Notes: generated by a model not told the origin, from the letters alone. A DNA stretch of 64,000 bases from an uncultured Candidatus Saccharibacteria bacterium (GCA_964361095.1 CAYHZA010000007.1:3010-67009), one strand, 5' to 3'. Counted from the first letter of the stretch, positions 9,485-17,780 are shown. Program-made: numbers and translations.

Positions 9485-10213
9485 ATGAACAAACTTCTTG
9501 TCGCAAATTGGAAGATGAACCCGACAACCGCTCGCGAGGCCATCAAACTTGCCAAAGCAAGTAATCATAAAAACGTGGTTATCTGTCCGCCATTTCCGTT
9601 TTTGAATGCAGTCAAAAAAAACATAACTGCCGCTTCGCTTGGAGCGCAAGATGTATTTTGGGAGAGTCCGCCAGCTGGCGGAGGCGCCTATACCGGAGAG
9701 GTATCGCCCGCGATGTTGAAGAACGCCGGCGCGCGATATGTGATTATCGGGCATTCCGAACGGCGTCGTTACGTGGGCGAGACGGATGGAATGATAAACA
9801 AAAAAGTTCTCGCCACGCTTTTTGCGGGCCTTAAGGTAATCCTTTGCGTCGGCGAGCCGAAAGCGGTTCGCAAAAATGGACTTGCCGCCGCGAAGGCTTT
9901 TGTGAAAAAACAACTTTTGGCAGATACTCGCGGCGCGCATGGAAAACTTATCGTGGCGTACGAACCCGTGTGGGCTATCGGAAGCGGTACTCCCGACGAT
10001 CCGAAAGATACGGCGGAGATGGCGCGTTTTATCCGCAATCTTCTCAAGTCTTCAAAAATAGACGTCGTGGTGATCTACGGGGGTTCGGTAACATCTAAGA
10101 ACATCGGACGTATTATGAGCTATGGGGAGATAGGCGGTGCCTTGGTCGGTGGCGCCAGTTTGCATTCCCATGAGTTCAAAACAATGATACAAATCGTGTC
10201 GCATAAAAAATAA
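9485..10213 (+). CDS. tpiA: triosephosphate isomerase
   Basis: LVANWKMN start, AYEPVWAIGSG active-site loop, VIYGGSV; ATG lies 7 nt after TACAAT, so the mRNA is probably leaderless. Confidence 0.9.
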   Translation: MNKLLVANWKMNPTTAREAIKLAKASNHKNVVICPPFPFLNAVKKNITAASLGAQDVFWESPPAGGGAYTGEVSPAMLKNAGARYVIIGHSERRRYVGETDGMINKKVLATLFAGLKVILCVGEPKAVRKNGLAAAKAFVKKQLLADTRGAHGKLIVAYEPVWAIGSGTPDDPKDTAEMARFIRNLLKSSKIDVVVIYGGSVTSKNIGRIMSYGEIGGALVGGASLHSHEFKTMIQIVSHKK

Positions 10214-10232
10214 AATTCATCTCTTCATCCCT

Positions 10233-10997
10233 ATGGATACCAATAAATTAAAAACCTATTTTTGGGGTGTGCTGGACTTGGTCCTCGCGGCTTTTTTTAT
10301 CAATCTCGTTTTCTTCGTGATGCCGACGGTGCAAAAACTTGGCGATTCATTCCAACCCGTGCGCACCATAAGCGTTTCGGCGGAGGGGAAGGCTTTTGTC
10401 ATACCGGATATCGCGGAGACTTCCTTTTCGGTTGTTTCGCGCGGACAGGACCCTGCCCAGTTGGCGGATATGAACAACAAAAAGATTACGTCGGCCATTA
10501 ATTTCGTGAAATCCCAAGGGATTGACGCGAAAGACATAAAAACTGCCGGTTATTATCTCTCGCCCGACTACCAATATACGCCGGAGACCCAGCGGAGCAT
10601 TATTACGGGCTATACCCTGACGCAGACCGTCTCGGTCCGCATACATGATTTCTCTAAAATAGCAGCTATCCTCGGCGGTCTTCCTCCGCTTGGGATTAAC
10701 CAGATTGGAGGCCTCAACTTTACCGTTGATGAACCCGAAAAGTTTTTGGCAGAAGCCCGGGCTGATGCTTTTAAAAAAGCCCGTGCCAAAGCGATATCTC
10801 TGGTCGCGCAGAACGGAGTTCGGCTTGGAAAAGTAATCAATATCGGCGAATCGCAAGGCGGGGGACCGATGCCTTATTACGCGAAGAGTCTTGACGGACG
10901 CGGCGGTGCCGCTGCTCCGGAAATCGCTCTTCCGACCATCGAACCCGGCCAGCAGGAGCTGAATCTCCAGGTTTCGGTAACGTACGCGATAGAATAG
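10233..10997 (+). CDS. SIMPL domain protein (DUF541, BP26/OMP28-like)
   Basis: N-terminal TM/signal; length and pattern (LNFTVDEPEK..., AKA..., final LQVSVTYAIE) typical of the SIMPL family. Confidence 0.6.
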   Translation: MDTNKLKTYFWGVLDLVLAAFFINLVFFVMPTVQKLGDSFQPVRTISVSAEGKAFVIPDIAETSFSVVSRGQDPAQLADMNNKKITSAINFVKSQGIDAKDIKTAGYYLSPDYQYTPETQRSIITGYTLTQTVSVRIHDFSKIAAILGGLPPLGINQIGGLNFTVDEPEKFLAEARADAFKKARAKAISLVAQNGVRLGKVINIGESQGGGPMPYYAKSLDGRGGAAAPEIALPTIEPGQQELNLQVSVTYAIE

Positions 10998-11044
10998 GTG
11001 TCGATTCCGGCCGCGTTAGAAGCTAATTTTTTTGGGGGGGCTTG

Positions 11045-11193
11045 CCCCGTAACATTACTGGGGTTCGCCTCATTCAACCTGTCGATGCAAGCCAATGTAA
11101 ACCACGCTATTTTTCCTTATGCGTCTAGTGGCAATAAAACAAAGGAACATATTGAACGAGGCGGCAGGTTGACGCCCCAGTAATGTTACGGGG
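11045..11193. repeat. 19-bp inverted repeats CCCCGTAACATTACTGGGG / CCCCAGTAATGTTACGGGG flanking about 110 bp
   Basis: Exact reverse complements at 11045-11063 and 11175-11193; the right arm abuts TTGACT. Confidence 0.7.
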
Positions 11194-11223
11194 TTGACTT
11201 TTTCCTCTTACTTCTGCTATACT
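11194..11223 (+). promoter_or_regulatory. sigma-70-like promoter TTGACT-N18-TGcTATACT
   Basis: -35 TTGACT 11194-11199; extended -10 TGcTATACT 11215-11223. Confidence 0.5.
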
Positions 11224-11229
11224 ACTCCC

Positions 11230-11326
11230 GAATGAGTGTGAATAGTCTTTAGAGATTGCATCAATAAAGACTGTCCCATACTTCCTGTTTGTCCCAACCC
11301 CCGCTTCGGCGGGGTTTTGGGTTTTT
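11230..11326 (+). ncRNA. candidate small RNA of about 95 nt with an internal hairpin and an intrinsic terminator
   Basis: Predicted TSS about 11230 from the promoter above; hairpin agtcttta...taaagact; terminator ccccgcttcggcgggg + TTTTGGGTTTTT; no ORF. Confidence 0.35.
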
Positions 11327-11348
11327 AGGGGAGTCGCCTCTATCTTTT

Positions 11349-11377
11349 TTGGCAAAAACCCCGTATCCATTTATAAT
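11349..11377 (+). promoter_or_regulatory. near-consensus sigma-70 promoter TTGGCA-N17-TATAAT
   Basis: -35 at 11349-11354, perfect -10 TATAAT at 11372-11377; transcription runs into the repeat region towards murB. Confidence 0.55.
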
Positions 11378-11396
11378 GTTGATACGTTCGGCACAT

Positions 11397-11866
11397 GTCC
11401 ATTTTGGTGGCCGTGAGGAGAGCACTTGTTGGTACATTCATAAAAGTCCATATTAGTGGTCACAGGGAGAGCACTCATTAACAAGGGTTCATCGTGGTGG
11501 TTGTGAGGAGAGCACTCATTCAAAACAAACAGAATTGGAGGTCACCACTCGTAACCACCACGATGGATCGATGGAAAACAGAATTGTTCCCGATTTGTCC
11601 CCGATCCGTCAGTTGACGGAGAGGGGATACAAATTGTCATGCCTACGGCAGATCTTCCGAAGGGATGACAATCCCGCATACACTGAGCTTGTCGAAGTGC
11701 TCTGCGGGAGAGGTCACCACCTGTGACCACTAATATGGATTAATGAAGAACAGAACTGTTCCTCAACCGTCCCGCTACGGCGGGACGAACGGGATCGCAC
11801 AAATCTAACCTCAAGCTTCGCTTCTCGGAGATTTGAGTGAGACGTCACTCCTCACGGCCACCAAAG
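11397..11866 (+). repeat. three tandem roughly 34-nt units (core GTGAGGAGAGCACT) followed by their inverted partners in nested order
   Basis: Units at 11397-11430, 11446-11479, 11487-11520; reverse-complement partners at 11553-11565, 11720-11739, 11848-11864; extra local hairpins. Confidence 0.6.
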
Positions 11867-11896
11867 CGGATCGTAGTACGCAATCTATTTTTCAGA

Positions 11897-12817
11897 ATGC
11901 CCACACTTGAAGAAAATGTTTCTCTTGCAAAATTAAGCAGTTATAACATCGGCGGACCCGCACGCTATTTTTTTGAAGCATCTACAAAAAAAGATCTTCT
12001 CGAAATATTTAAGGAATGGAACGGAAAATTTTTTGTGCTTGGCGGCGGAACGAATCTTTTAATTAGTGATGCCGGTTTTGACGGATTGGTACTTAAACCG
12101 AAGTTTAATTTTTTAGAACGTGACGGAACGGATGTTTATGTCGGCGCGGCGGTTCTGATGTCCGACCTTTTGAACTTTACGATTAAAGAAAATTTGAGCG
12201 GATTGGAGTGGGCGGGCGGATTGCCCGGGACTTTGGGCGGAGCGATTCGCGGGAACGCGGGATGTTTCGGCGGCGAGATGAAAGATTCCATCCGTCGAGT
12301 TTTTGGTTTTGATAAGACGACTCTCAAAGACACCGAACGCGAAAACGTGGAGTGCCGTTTCGCGTATCGCTCGAGTATTTTTAAAGAACGGCAGGGAGAC
12401 GAGATTGTCGTCGCGGCAACACTCGCGCTTCAAAAGGGAGAGTCGGAAAAAATCAACGCGTCGATTAACGAGAAAATTAACTATCGCAAAGAACGCCATC
12501 CGATGGAGTATCCGAATATCGGAAGCATTTTTAAAAATGTTCCCGTTGCGTCTTTCCCCGCGTCCGAGCTTCATCGTGTCGCTCAGGTGATAAAAAATGA
12601 TCCGTTTCCGGTAATTCCCGCCGCGTATCTGATATCGGAGGCGGGAATTAAGGGAACACGTCACGGCGGCGCGATGATCTCGCCGAAACATCCGAACTTT
12701 ATTGTGAATGTCGGAGACGCGCGCGCTTCCGATGTGCACGCGTTGATCGATCTCGTGAAGCATGCGATCAAAAAAGAATTCAATGTTGAACTTCAAGAAG
12801 AAATTCAAGCCGTATAA
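11897..12817 (+). CDS. murB: UDP-N-acetylenolpyruvoylglucosamine reductase MurB
   Basis: FAD-binding N-terminus ...LSSYNIGGPARYFF..., GGGTNLL; start placed at MPTLEEN (ATG 11897) rather than the upstream alternative start. Confidence 0.85.
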   Translation: MPTLEENVSLAKLSSYNIGGPARYFFEASTKKDLLEIFKEWNGKFFVLGGGTNLLISDAGFDGLVLKPKFNFLERDGTDVYVGAAVLMSDLLNFTIKENLSGLEWAGGLPGTLGGAIRGNAGCFGGEMKDSIRRVFGFDKTTLKDTERENVECRFAYRSSIFKERQGDEIVVAATLALQKGESEKINASINEKINYRKERHPMEYPNIGSIFKNVPVASFPASELHRVAQVIKNDPFPVIPAAYLISEAGIKGTRHGGAMISPKHPNFIVNVGDARASDVHALIDLVKHAIKKEFNVELQEEIQAV

Positions 12818-13049
12818 GTATCTTTTTCTGTTTTTATTTTCGAAAATTTTGCGAAACGATACTAAAAATCAATATAAGTTTGAGGTGTGAGTCGGACTTT
12901 GACGTTCGTCTTCGCCGAAATCGGAGTTATGCACAGTTTTACTCAAAACATAAAAATAAAATATGTTATTATAATGAAGTAGTCGAATAGGTTGATAAAA
13001 TACTCCATTGGGTTGTGGTCGGGAACCCAATAAAAATAATCCCACTCAA

Positions 13050-13100
13050 ATGAAAAAGAAAAAGGGTACTAAGAAGAAAGCAAAGAAGAGCCGAAAGTAA
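13050..13100 (+). CDS. tiny lysine-rich ORF (MKKKKGTKKKAKKSRK), may be non-functional
   Basis: 16 codons followed 12 nt later by an intrinsic terminator; no SD. Confidence 0.15.
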   Translation: MKKKKGTKKKAKKSRK

Positions 13101-13112
13101 TTTCGATTCTTG

Positions 13113-13146
13113 AGCCGCTCCCCTAAAGGGGGCGGTTTTTTGTTTT
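13113..13146 (+). terminator. intrinsic terminator
   Basis: gccgctcccctaaagggggcgg hairpin + TTTTTTGTTTTTTG. Confidence 0.6.
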
Positions 13147-13223
13147 TTGTCCTCTTTTTTAGATATTTTTCGTAAAAAATTTATCCCTATTATTGAACGT
13201 ATGACGCTATCATGGCGGGGTTT

Positions 13224-13254
13224 ACCCTGTTAGAGACAATACCTCTAACAGGGT
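13224..13254. promoter_or_regulatory. palindromic element ACCCTGTTAGAG-N7-CTCTAACAGGGT abutting TTTACA, upstream of hpf
   Basis: Perfect 12-bp arms; TTTACA at 13255-13260. Confidence 0.6.
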
Positions 13255-13298
13255 TTACAGGAGTGTGTATTTTCGGTTATGCTCTAAGAGATAGAGAA

Positions 13299-13637
13299 AT
13301 GCAGACCAACGTTAAAACAACAAATCTTGACCTTACGCCGAGTCTCTCGGTCTATATCGAGAAGAAATTAGGGACTCTCGCCCGATATATAAAGAAGTTT
13401 GACGAAGAGGGTGTGGCGGAGCTTTGGGTTGAAGTAGGAAGAACTTCTCGGCACCACCACAAAGGAGAGGTGTTTCGCGCCGAAGCTAATCTGCGTTTGC
13501 CGAAGAAGATACTGCGCGCCGTGGAGGAAAACACAGATGTGCATGCCGCTATTGATCTCGTCCGAGACAAACTTCATATGGAAATAGAAAAGTACAAAGC
13601 GCGTTTAAGTCCTCGGTCAAAGCGCGTGAAGGAATAA
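13299..13637 (+). CDS. hpf: ribosome hibernation promoting factor / RaiA
   Basis: MQTNVKTTNLDLTPSL...; about 110 aa sigma-54-modulation/RaiA fold pattern. Confidence 0.85.
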   Translation: MQTNVKTTNLDLTPSLSVYIEKKLGTLARYIKKFDEEGVAELWVEVGRTSRHHHKGEVFRAEANLRLPKKILRAVEENTDVHAAIDLVRDKLHMEIEKYKARLSPRSKRVKE

Positions 13638-13706
13638 GGGATTATATGCTTTTTTTATTTCCGTCGAAGGATTGATATCGGCGGAGTTGCTTACTCTAAA
13701 AAACCA

Positions 13707-16700
13707 ATGTTTGATTTTTTGAAGAAAATTTCCGGCGGCCGATCGGTCGCGCGCTATAACGAACGCGCGCGCGAGATTAACGCGCTTGAACCCGAAGTCA
13801 AAAAATTTACCGATGAGGAGTTGCGCGCGGCGAGTCTCGCCTTTAAAGAACATATTCAAAGTAAAGAAAAAACAATCGATGATATTCTTCCGAACGCGTT
13901 CGCGTTCGCGCGTGAGGCGGCGAGGAGAACACTAGGACAGCGCCCTTTCGATGTTCAGCTTGTGGGTGGTATGGTGCTCCATGACGGCGCCGTTTCAGAG
14001 ATGATGACCGGAGAAGGAAAGACATTGACCGCGGTACTCCCCGCGTATTTGAACGCGCTCACGGGAGAGGGAGTGCATGTGGTAACCGTGAATGAATATT
14101 TGGCGCGACGCGATGTCGCGTGGATGGGACAAATTTATCGCGCGCTCGGACTTTCGGTCGCGTGTTTGGTTCCGAACGCCGCGTATCTTTATGACCCCAC
14201 TTACGTGCGCGGACCTCGCGGACAGGACGCAGACCTCGCCGAAGAGAAACTACTTCACGAAGATCTAACTTATAGGATTAGAGGCATACTTTTCTCCATC
14301 AAAAACGTTCTTGGTTTGGGGCACAAAGAGAACATTTATCAAAAAGCCATTGAAAGCGAATTATTGAAGGCAGAAATTGTATTTGAACGAGAAAAAGCGA
14401 TAGATGTGCTATATGATGGTAAAAAAATAGGAACTTACCAACCGGATTTTGTGATAGATGGAAAGGTTATTTTGGAGATAAAAGCCGTGCCATTTATAGG
14501 TAAGATAGAAGAAAAGCAGGTTTGGTCGTATTTAAAAGGATCGCCTTATAGGCTTGCGCTCTTGGCAAATTTTGGGGGTAAGGATATTGAGATTAAAAGG
14601 ATTGTTTATGATACGGCGCGTGATAATGGTCCGCGTGAGTCTGCGTCCAGTCAGCGCGAGTCAGCGTTGCTGGATAAGGAACGGGATAGCACCGGAAATT
14701 TTTTGGTTCAACAGGAATTTCTTCGTCCTGTTTCTCGGCGCGAAGCGTATCTCGCCGATATTACGTATGGCACGAATCATGAGTTCGGTTTTGATTATTT
14801 AAGGGATAATTTGGCATATGGCCTGACCGATCAGGTTCAACGCGGCCATCACTACGGCATTATCGATGAAGTTGACAGTATTTTAATCGACGAAGCGCGA
14901 ACGCCTTTGATTATCGCTGCTCCCGACGCGCAATCGAGCGAATACTACAAAACCTTTGCCCGCGTCGTTACGCATCTTAAAAAAGACGAGGATTACACGG
15001 TTGATGAGAAATTGCGGTCGTCGGCGATTACGGAGGCCGGTATTGAAAAGGTGGAAAAAGTCGTGGGAATCCATAATCTATACGCGCCCGAAAATATGCG
15101 CCTCGTGCATTACCTCGAAGAAAGTCTGCGGGCAATGGCGCTTTTCCATCGCGATAAAGATTATGTCGTAAAAGACGGGGAAGTCATTATTGTCGATGAA
15201 TTTACGGGGCGCATGCTCCATGGACGGCGGTATAACGCCGGTTTGCATCAGGCGATCGAGGCGAAAGAAGGAGTGCTCGTAAAAGAGGAGTCCCGTACGT
15301 ACGCGAAGATTTCCATTCAGAATTACTTCCGGATGTATAAGAAAATTGCGGGAATGACGGGAACAGCCCAAACGTCCGCCGAAGAGTTTCACAAGGTATA
15401 TAGCTTGGAAGTGGTGAGCGTTCCAACGAATCAGCCGATGGCGCGGAAAAATCTTCCCGATTTTATCTTCCGGAATAAAGAGGCGAAATTAAGATCGGTA
15501 GTCGCGGAGGTGAAACAGCGTTTCGAGAAAGGTCAGCCGATCCTCTTGGGAACTCCATCCATAGAAAAAAACGATTTTCTCTCGGCGCATCTTACGCGCG
15601 CCGGAATTCCGCACGAGGTTTTGAACGCGAAGAATAACGAACGCGAGGGAGCGATCGTCGCGCAGGCGGGAAGACTTAAGGCGGTTACGGTGGCGACGAA
15701 CGTCGCCGGCCGTGGCGTGGATATTATTTTGGGCGGCAACCCCTTAAATCCCGAGGAGGCAAAAAAAGTGCGGGATCTCGGCGGGTTGCACGTAATTGGC
15801 ACGGAGCGAAACGAAGCGCGGCGGATAGACAACCAGTTCCGCGGCCGCGCGGGGCGTCAGGGCGATCCCGGTTCTTCGCAGTTTCTTCTCTCGCTCGATG
15901 ACGATCTCCTTCGGATTTTTGGCGGCGATCGCATTAAAAGTTTAATGGAACGGTTTGATCTTCCCGAGGATCAGCCGATAGAGATGGGAATTGTTTCCAA
16001 GGCGGTGGAGCAAGCGCAAGCGAAAGTGGAAGGCGCGAACTTTGATATGCGGAAACACCTTCTTGAATATGATGACGTGTTAAACAAACAGCGCGCGTCC
16101 ATTTACCGCAAGCGACAAGAAATTCTTCAAAGCATGAACCGCGATACGTTGGCGCTTATTATTTTCGAGGCGGCGAGCGGTTATTTCGACGGCGTGGCGC
16201 AGAAGCTTTTCGGCGACGAGGAAACGTTTACGGGAGAAAATACGGACGAGCTTAAAAAGCTGTTTGAAGAATCCGTAATCGCGACTAAGGAACAGCCGTT
16301 GCCCAAAGAGCCGACCCGCGAAAGTATCCGTGAACTTCTTACGAAGCGAAGCGTTGAAGTGACGGTTGATCCGCAGACGTTGAACAGGGTATTGAGCATT
16401 CTTGATTTGCTTTGGATGACGCATCTTGAAGACTTGGAGGCGCTTTCCGAATCAATCGGTCTTCGCGCGTATGGCCAACGGGATCCGCTTGTCGAGTACC
16501 GGCGCGAGGCGCACAACTTGTTCAAAAATTTTTGGGGCAATTTTAACACGTGGATATTCACGAATTTATTTAAACTGGCGAGTTTGCAGGCGGCCTCCGG
16601 TGTGGCAACGGCGAATCCTTCACCGCGTCCGGCGATGGTAGTGGCGGGAAATCAACCAAGTTCCGGAAAAACAGTAGGCAGAAATGATCCGTGCCCGTGC

Positions 16701-16739
16701 GGTTCAGGAAAAAAGTATAAAAAATGTCATGGTAGTTAA
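13707..16739 (+). CDS. secA: preprotein translocase ATPase SecA carrying a large NBD1 insertion
   Basis: Walker A MTGEGKTLTA, ADITYGTNHEFGFDYLRDN, DEVDSILIDEARTPLII, C-terminal zinc finger CPCGSGKKYKKCHG; 1010 aa. Confidence 0.9.
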   Translation: MFDFLKKISGGRSVARYNERAREINALEPEVKKFTDEELRAASLAFKEHIQSKEKTIDDILPNAFAFAREAARRTLGQRPFDVQLVGGMVLHDGAVSEMMTGEGKTLTAVLPAYLNALTGEGVHVVTVNEYLARRDVAWMGQIYRALGLSVACLVPNAAYLYDPTYVRGPRGQDADLAEEKLLHEDLTYRIRGILFSIKNVLGLGHKENIYQKAIESELLKAEIVFEREKAIDVLYDGKKIGTYQPDFVIDGKVILEIKAVPFIGKIEEKQVWSYLKGSPYRLALLANFGGKDIEIKRIVYDTARDNGPRESASSQRESALLDKERDSTGNFLVQQEFLRPVSRREAYLADITYGTNHEFGFDYLRDNLAYGLTDQVQRGHHYGIIDEVDSILIDEARTPLIIAAPDAQSSEYYKTFARVVTHLKKDEDYTVDEKLRSSAITEAGIEKVEKVVGIHNLYAPENMRLVHYLEESLRAMALFHRDKDYVVKDGEVIIVDEFTGRMLHGRRYNAGLHQAIEAKEGVLVKEESRTYAKISIQNYFRMYKKIAGMTGTAQTSAEEFHKVYSLEVVSVPTNQPMARKNLPDFIFRNKEAKLRSVVAEVKQRFEKGQPILLGTPSIEKNDFLSAHLTRAGIPHEVLNAKNNEREGAIVAQAGRLKAVTVATNVAGRGVDIILGGNPLNPEEAKKVRDLGGLHVIGTERNEARRIDNQFRGRAGRQGDPGSSQFLLSLDDDLLRIFGGDRIKSLMERFDLPEDQPIEMGIVSKAVEQAQAKVEGANFDMRKHLLEYDDVLNKQRASIYRKRQEILQSMNRDTLALIIFEAASGYFDGVAQKLFGDEETFTGENTDELKKLFEESVIATKEQPLPKEPTRESIRELLTKRSVEVTVDPQTLNRVLSILDLLWMTHLEDLEALSESIGLRAYGQRDPLVEYRREAHNLFKNFWGNFNTWIFTNLFKLASLQAASGVATANPSPRPAMVVAGNQPSSGKTVGRNDPCPCGSGKKYKKCHGS
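14262..14610 (+). other. in-frame AT-rich insertion in secA encoding a GxxExxY-family (PD-(D/E)xK-like) domain
   Basis: Sharp GC drop against flanking secA sequence; encoded LGHKENIYQKAIESEL...DFVIDGKVILEIKAV...LLANFGG matches the GxxExxY small-protein family end to end. Confidence 0.6.
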
Positions 16740-16744
16740 AATAA

Positions 16745-16766
16745 AAGGCTCCCTATGGAGGGGGAG
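16745..16766. terminator. bidirectional hairpin ggctccc-tatggag-ggggagcc between secA and a convergent small gene
   Basis: Palindrome directly after the secA stop. Confidence 0.45.
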
Positions 16767-16911
16767 CCTTGCGATCGATGAATCGGTAGCCGATCGCGAG
16801 AATCGCGAGACCAACGATGAGAGTCGGCCAACGCGGAGTGATCTGGTGAGTCCCGAGATAGATGGTCAACGCGCCCACCGTAGGTCCAAAAGCGAACTTA
16901 AAGAGTTTCAT
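16753..16911 (-). CDS. small two-TM membrane protein
   Basis: AGGAGG 5 nt upstream of ATG on the minus strand; MKLFKFAFGPTVGALTIYLG...LIVGLAILAIGY. Confidence 0.4.
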   Translation of the reverse strand: MKLFKFAFGPTVGALTIYLGTHQITPRWPTLIVGLAILAIGYRFIDRKAPPP

Positions 16912-17012
16912 GACAATCCTCCTATGTTGCATATAGTATAGCATGTCTCCAGAATATGTCAAGTATCCCTGCGGGCATGCTAACAAATGGAAAAAATGCC
17001 ACGGCAAGTAAC

Positions 17013-17315
17013 ATGAAATACAACAAATTAATAAGGGATAAAATTCCGGAGTACATCAAAAAGAAAGGTGGAGTACCGGTTACGCACATCGCGAATGAAG
17101 CGGAGTACTGGGAGAAATTAAAGGAAAAACTGGGTGAGGAAATTGAAGAATTCAAAAAAGACGAAAATGCCGAAGAGCTCGCCGATATTCTTGAAGTGGT
17201 TGACGCGATTGTAGATTACAAAGGATTCGACAGAACCGAGATCGAGAAGATCAAAGAAAAGAAAGTGGAAGAACGGGGTAAATTCAAAGAGCGAATTATT
17301 TTGGATGAATCCTAA
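17013..17315 (+). CDS. MazG-like nucleoside triphosphate pyrophosphohydrolase (small NTP-PPase)
   Basis: YNKLIRDKIPE...EELADILEVVDAI pattern of the MazG/HisE-like all-alpha NTP-PPase fold. Confidence 0.6.
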   Translation: MKYNKLIRDKIPEYIKKKGGVPVTHIANEAEYWEKLKEKLGEEIEEFKKDENAEELADILEVVDAIVDYKGFDRTEIEKIKEKKVEERGKFKERIILDES

Positions 17316-17342
17316 TTGGTGCGCGGTTGCGGCAATAAGTAG

Positions 17343-17780
17343 GTGTGGTATACTGCAATCAATATGAAGATCGGCTTCGGCATATTCTCAATTGCCATGC
17401 TTGTCCTTCTTAGCTTTATCGCTATCGGGGTTTTCGGTTTTATGCCGGTTAACCACGAGAATCAGCATACCGGCTGTATCGCCGCGCTTTCCGGTCAGGC
17501 GGCTTGCCCCAAAGATGATCCTTTCGGATTTATCAATTTCCACGCCAATGCCTTGAGGGGATTTTCGAACGGGTTGGTGAGCGGTTTCGCGGCTCTGGCT
17601 TTTCTTTCGTTGTTGTTTATTAGTTTAGCCGTTCTTACGGTTTCTTTGTCTTACGCGTTCTCGTTTTTCGCGTTTCGCGAATACAAAGAGCGTTTGGCAG
17701 AGAGGATCTTTCTTGGCACGCAATCCTATATTCGCTGGCTTACTCTCCGTGAACGTGGAGATGCCGCCCTTTTAGCATAG
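17343..17780 (+). CDS. hypothetical membrane protein
   Basis: Several predicted TM helices. Confidence 0.4.
   Translation: MWYTAINMKIGFGIFSIAMLVLLSFIAIGVFGFMPVNHENQHTGCIAALSGQAACPKDDPFGFINFHANALRGFSNGLVSGFAALAFLSLLFISLAVLTVSLSYAFSFFAFREYKERLAERIFLGTQSYIRWLTLRERGDAALLA

Noticed and set aside
11397-11866. CRISPR array
   Set aside because: Only three degenerate direct repeats with irregular spacers (15 and 7 nt), followed by inverted copies. There are no cas genes. It fits a structured RNA or iteron-like array better.
12113-12808. 231-aa minus-strand ORF inside murB
   Set aside because: Antisense to a well-supported murB; Arg-rich low-complexity translation.
14160-14760. Intein in SecA
   Set aside because: The insertion starts without Cys/Ser, has no Hint blocks and does not end in His-Asn followed by Cys/Ser/Thr. 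The fold signature is GxxExxY, not a LAGLIDADG or HNH homing endonuclease.
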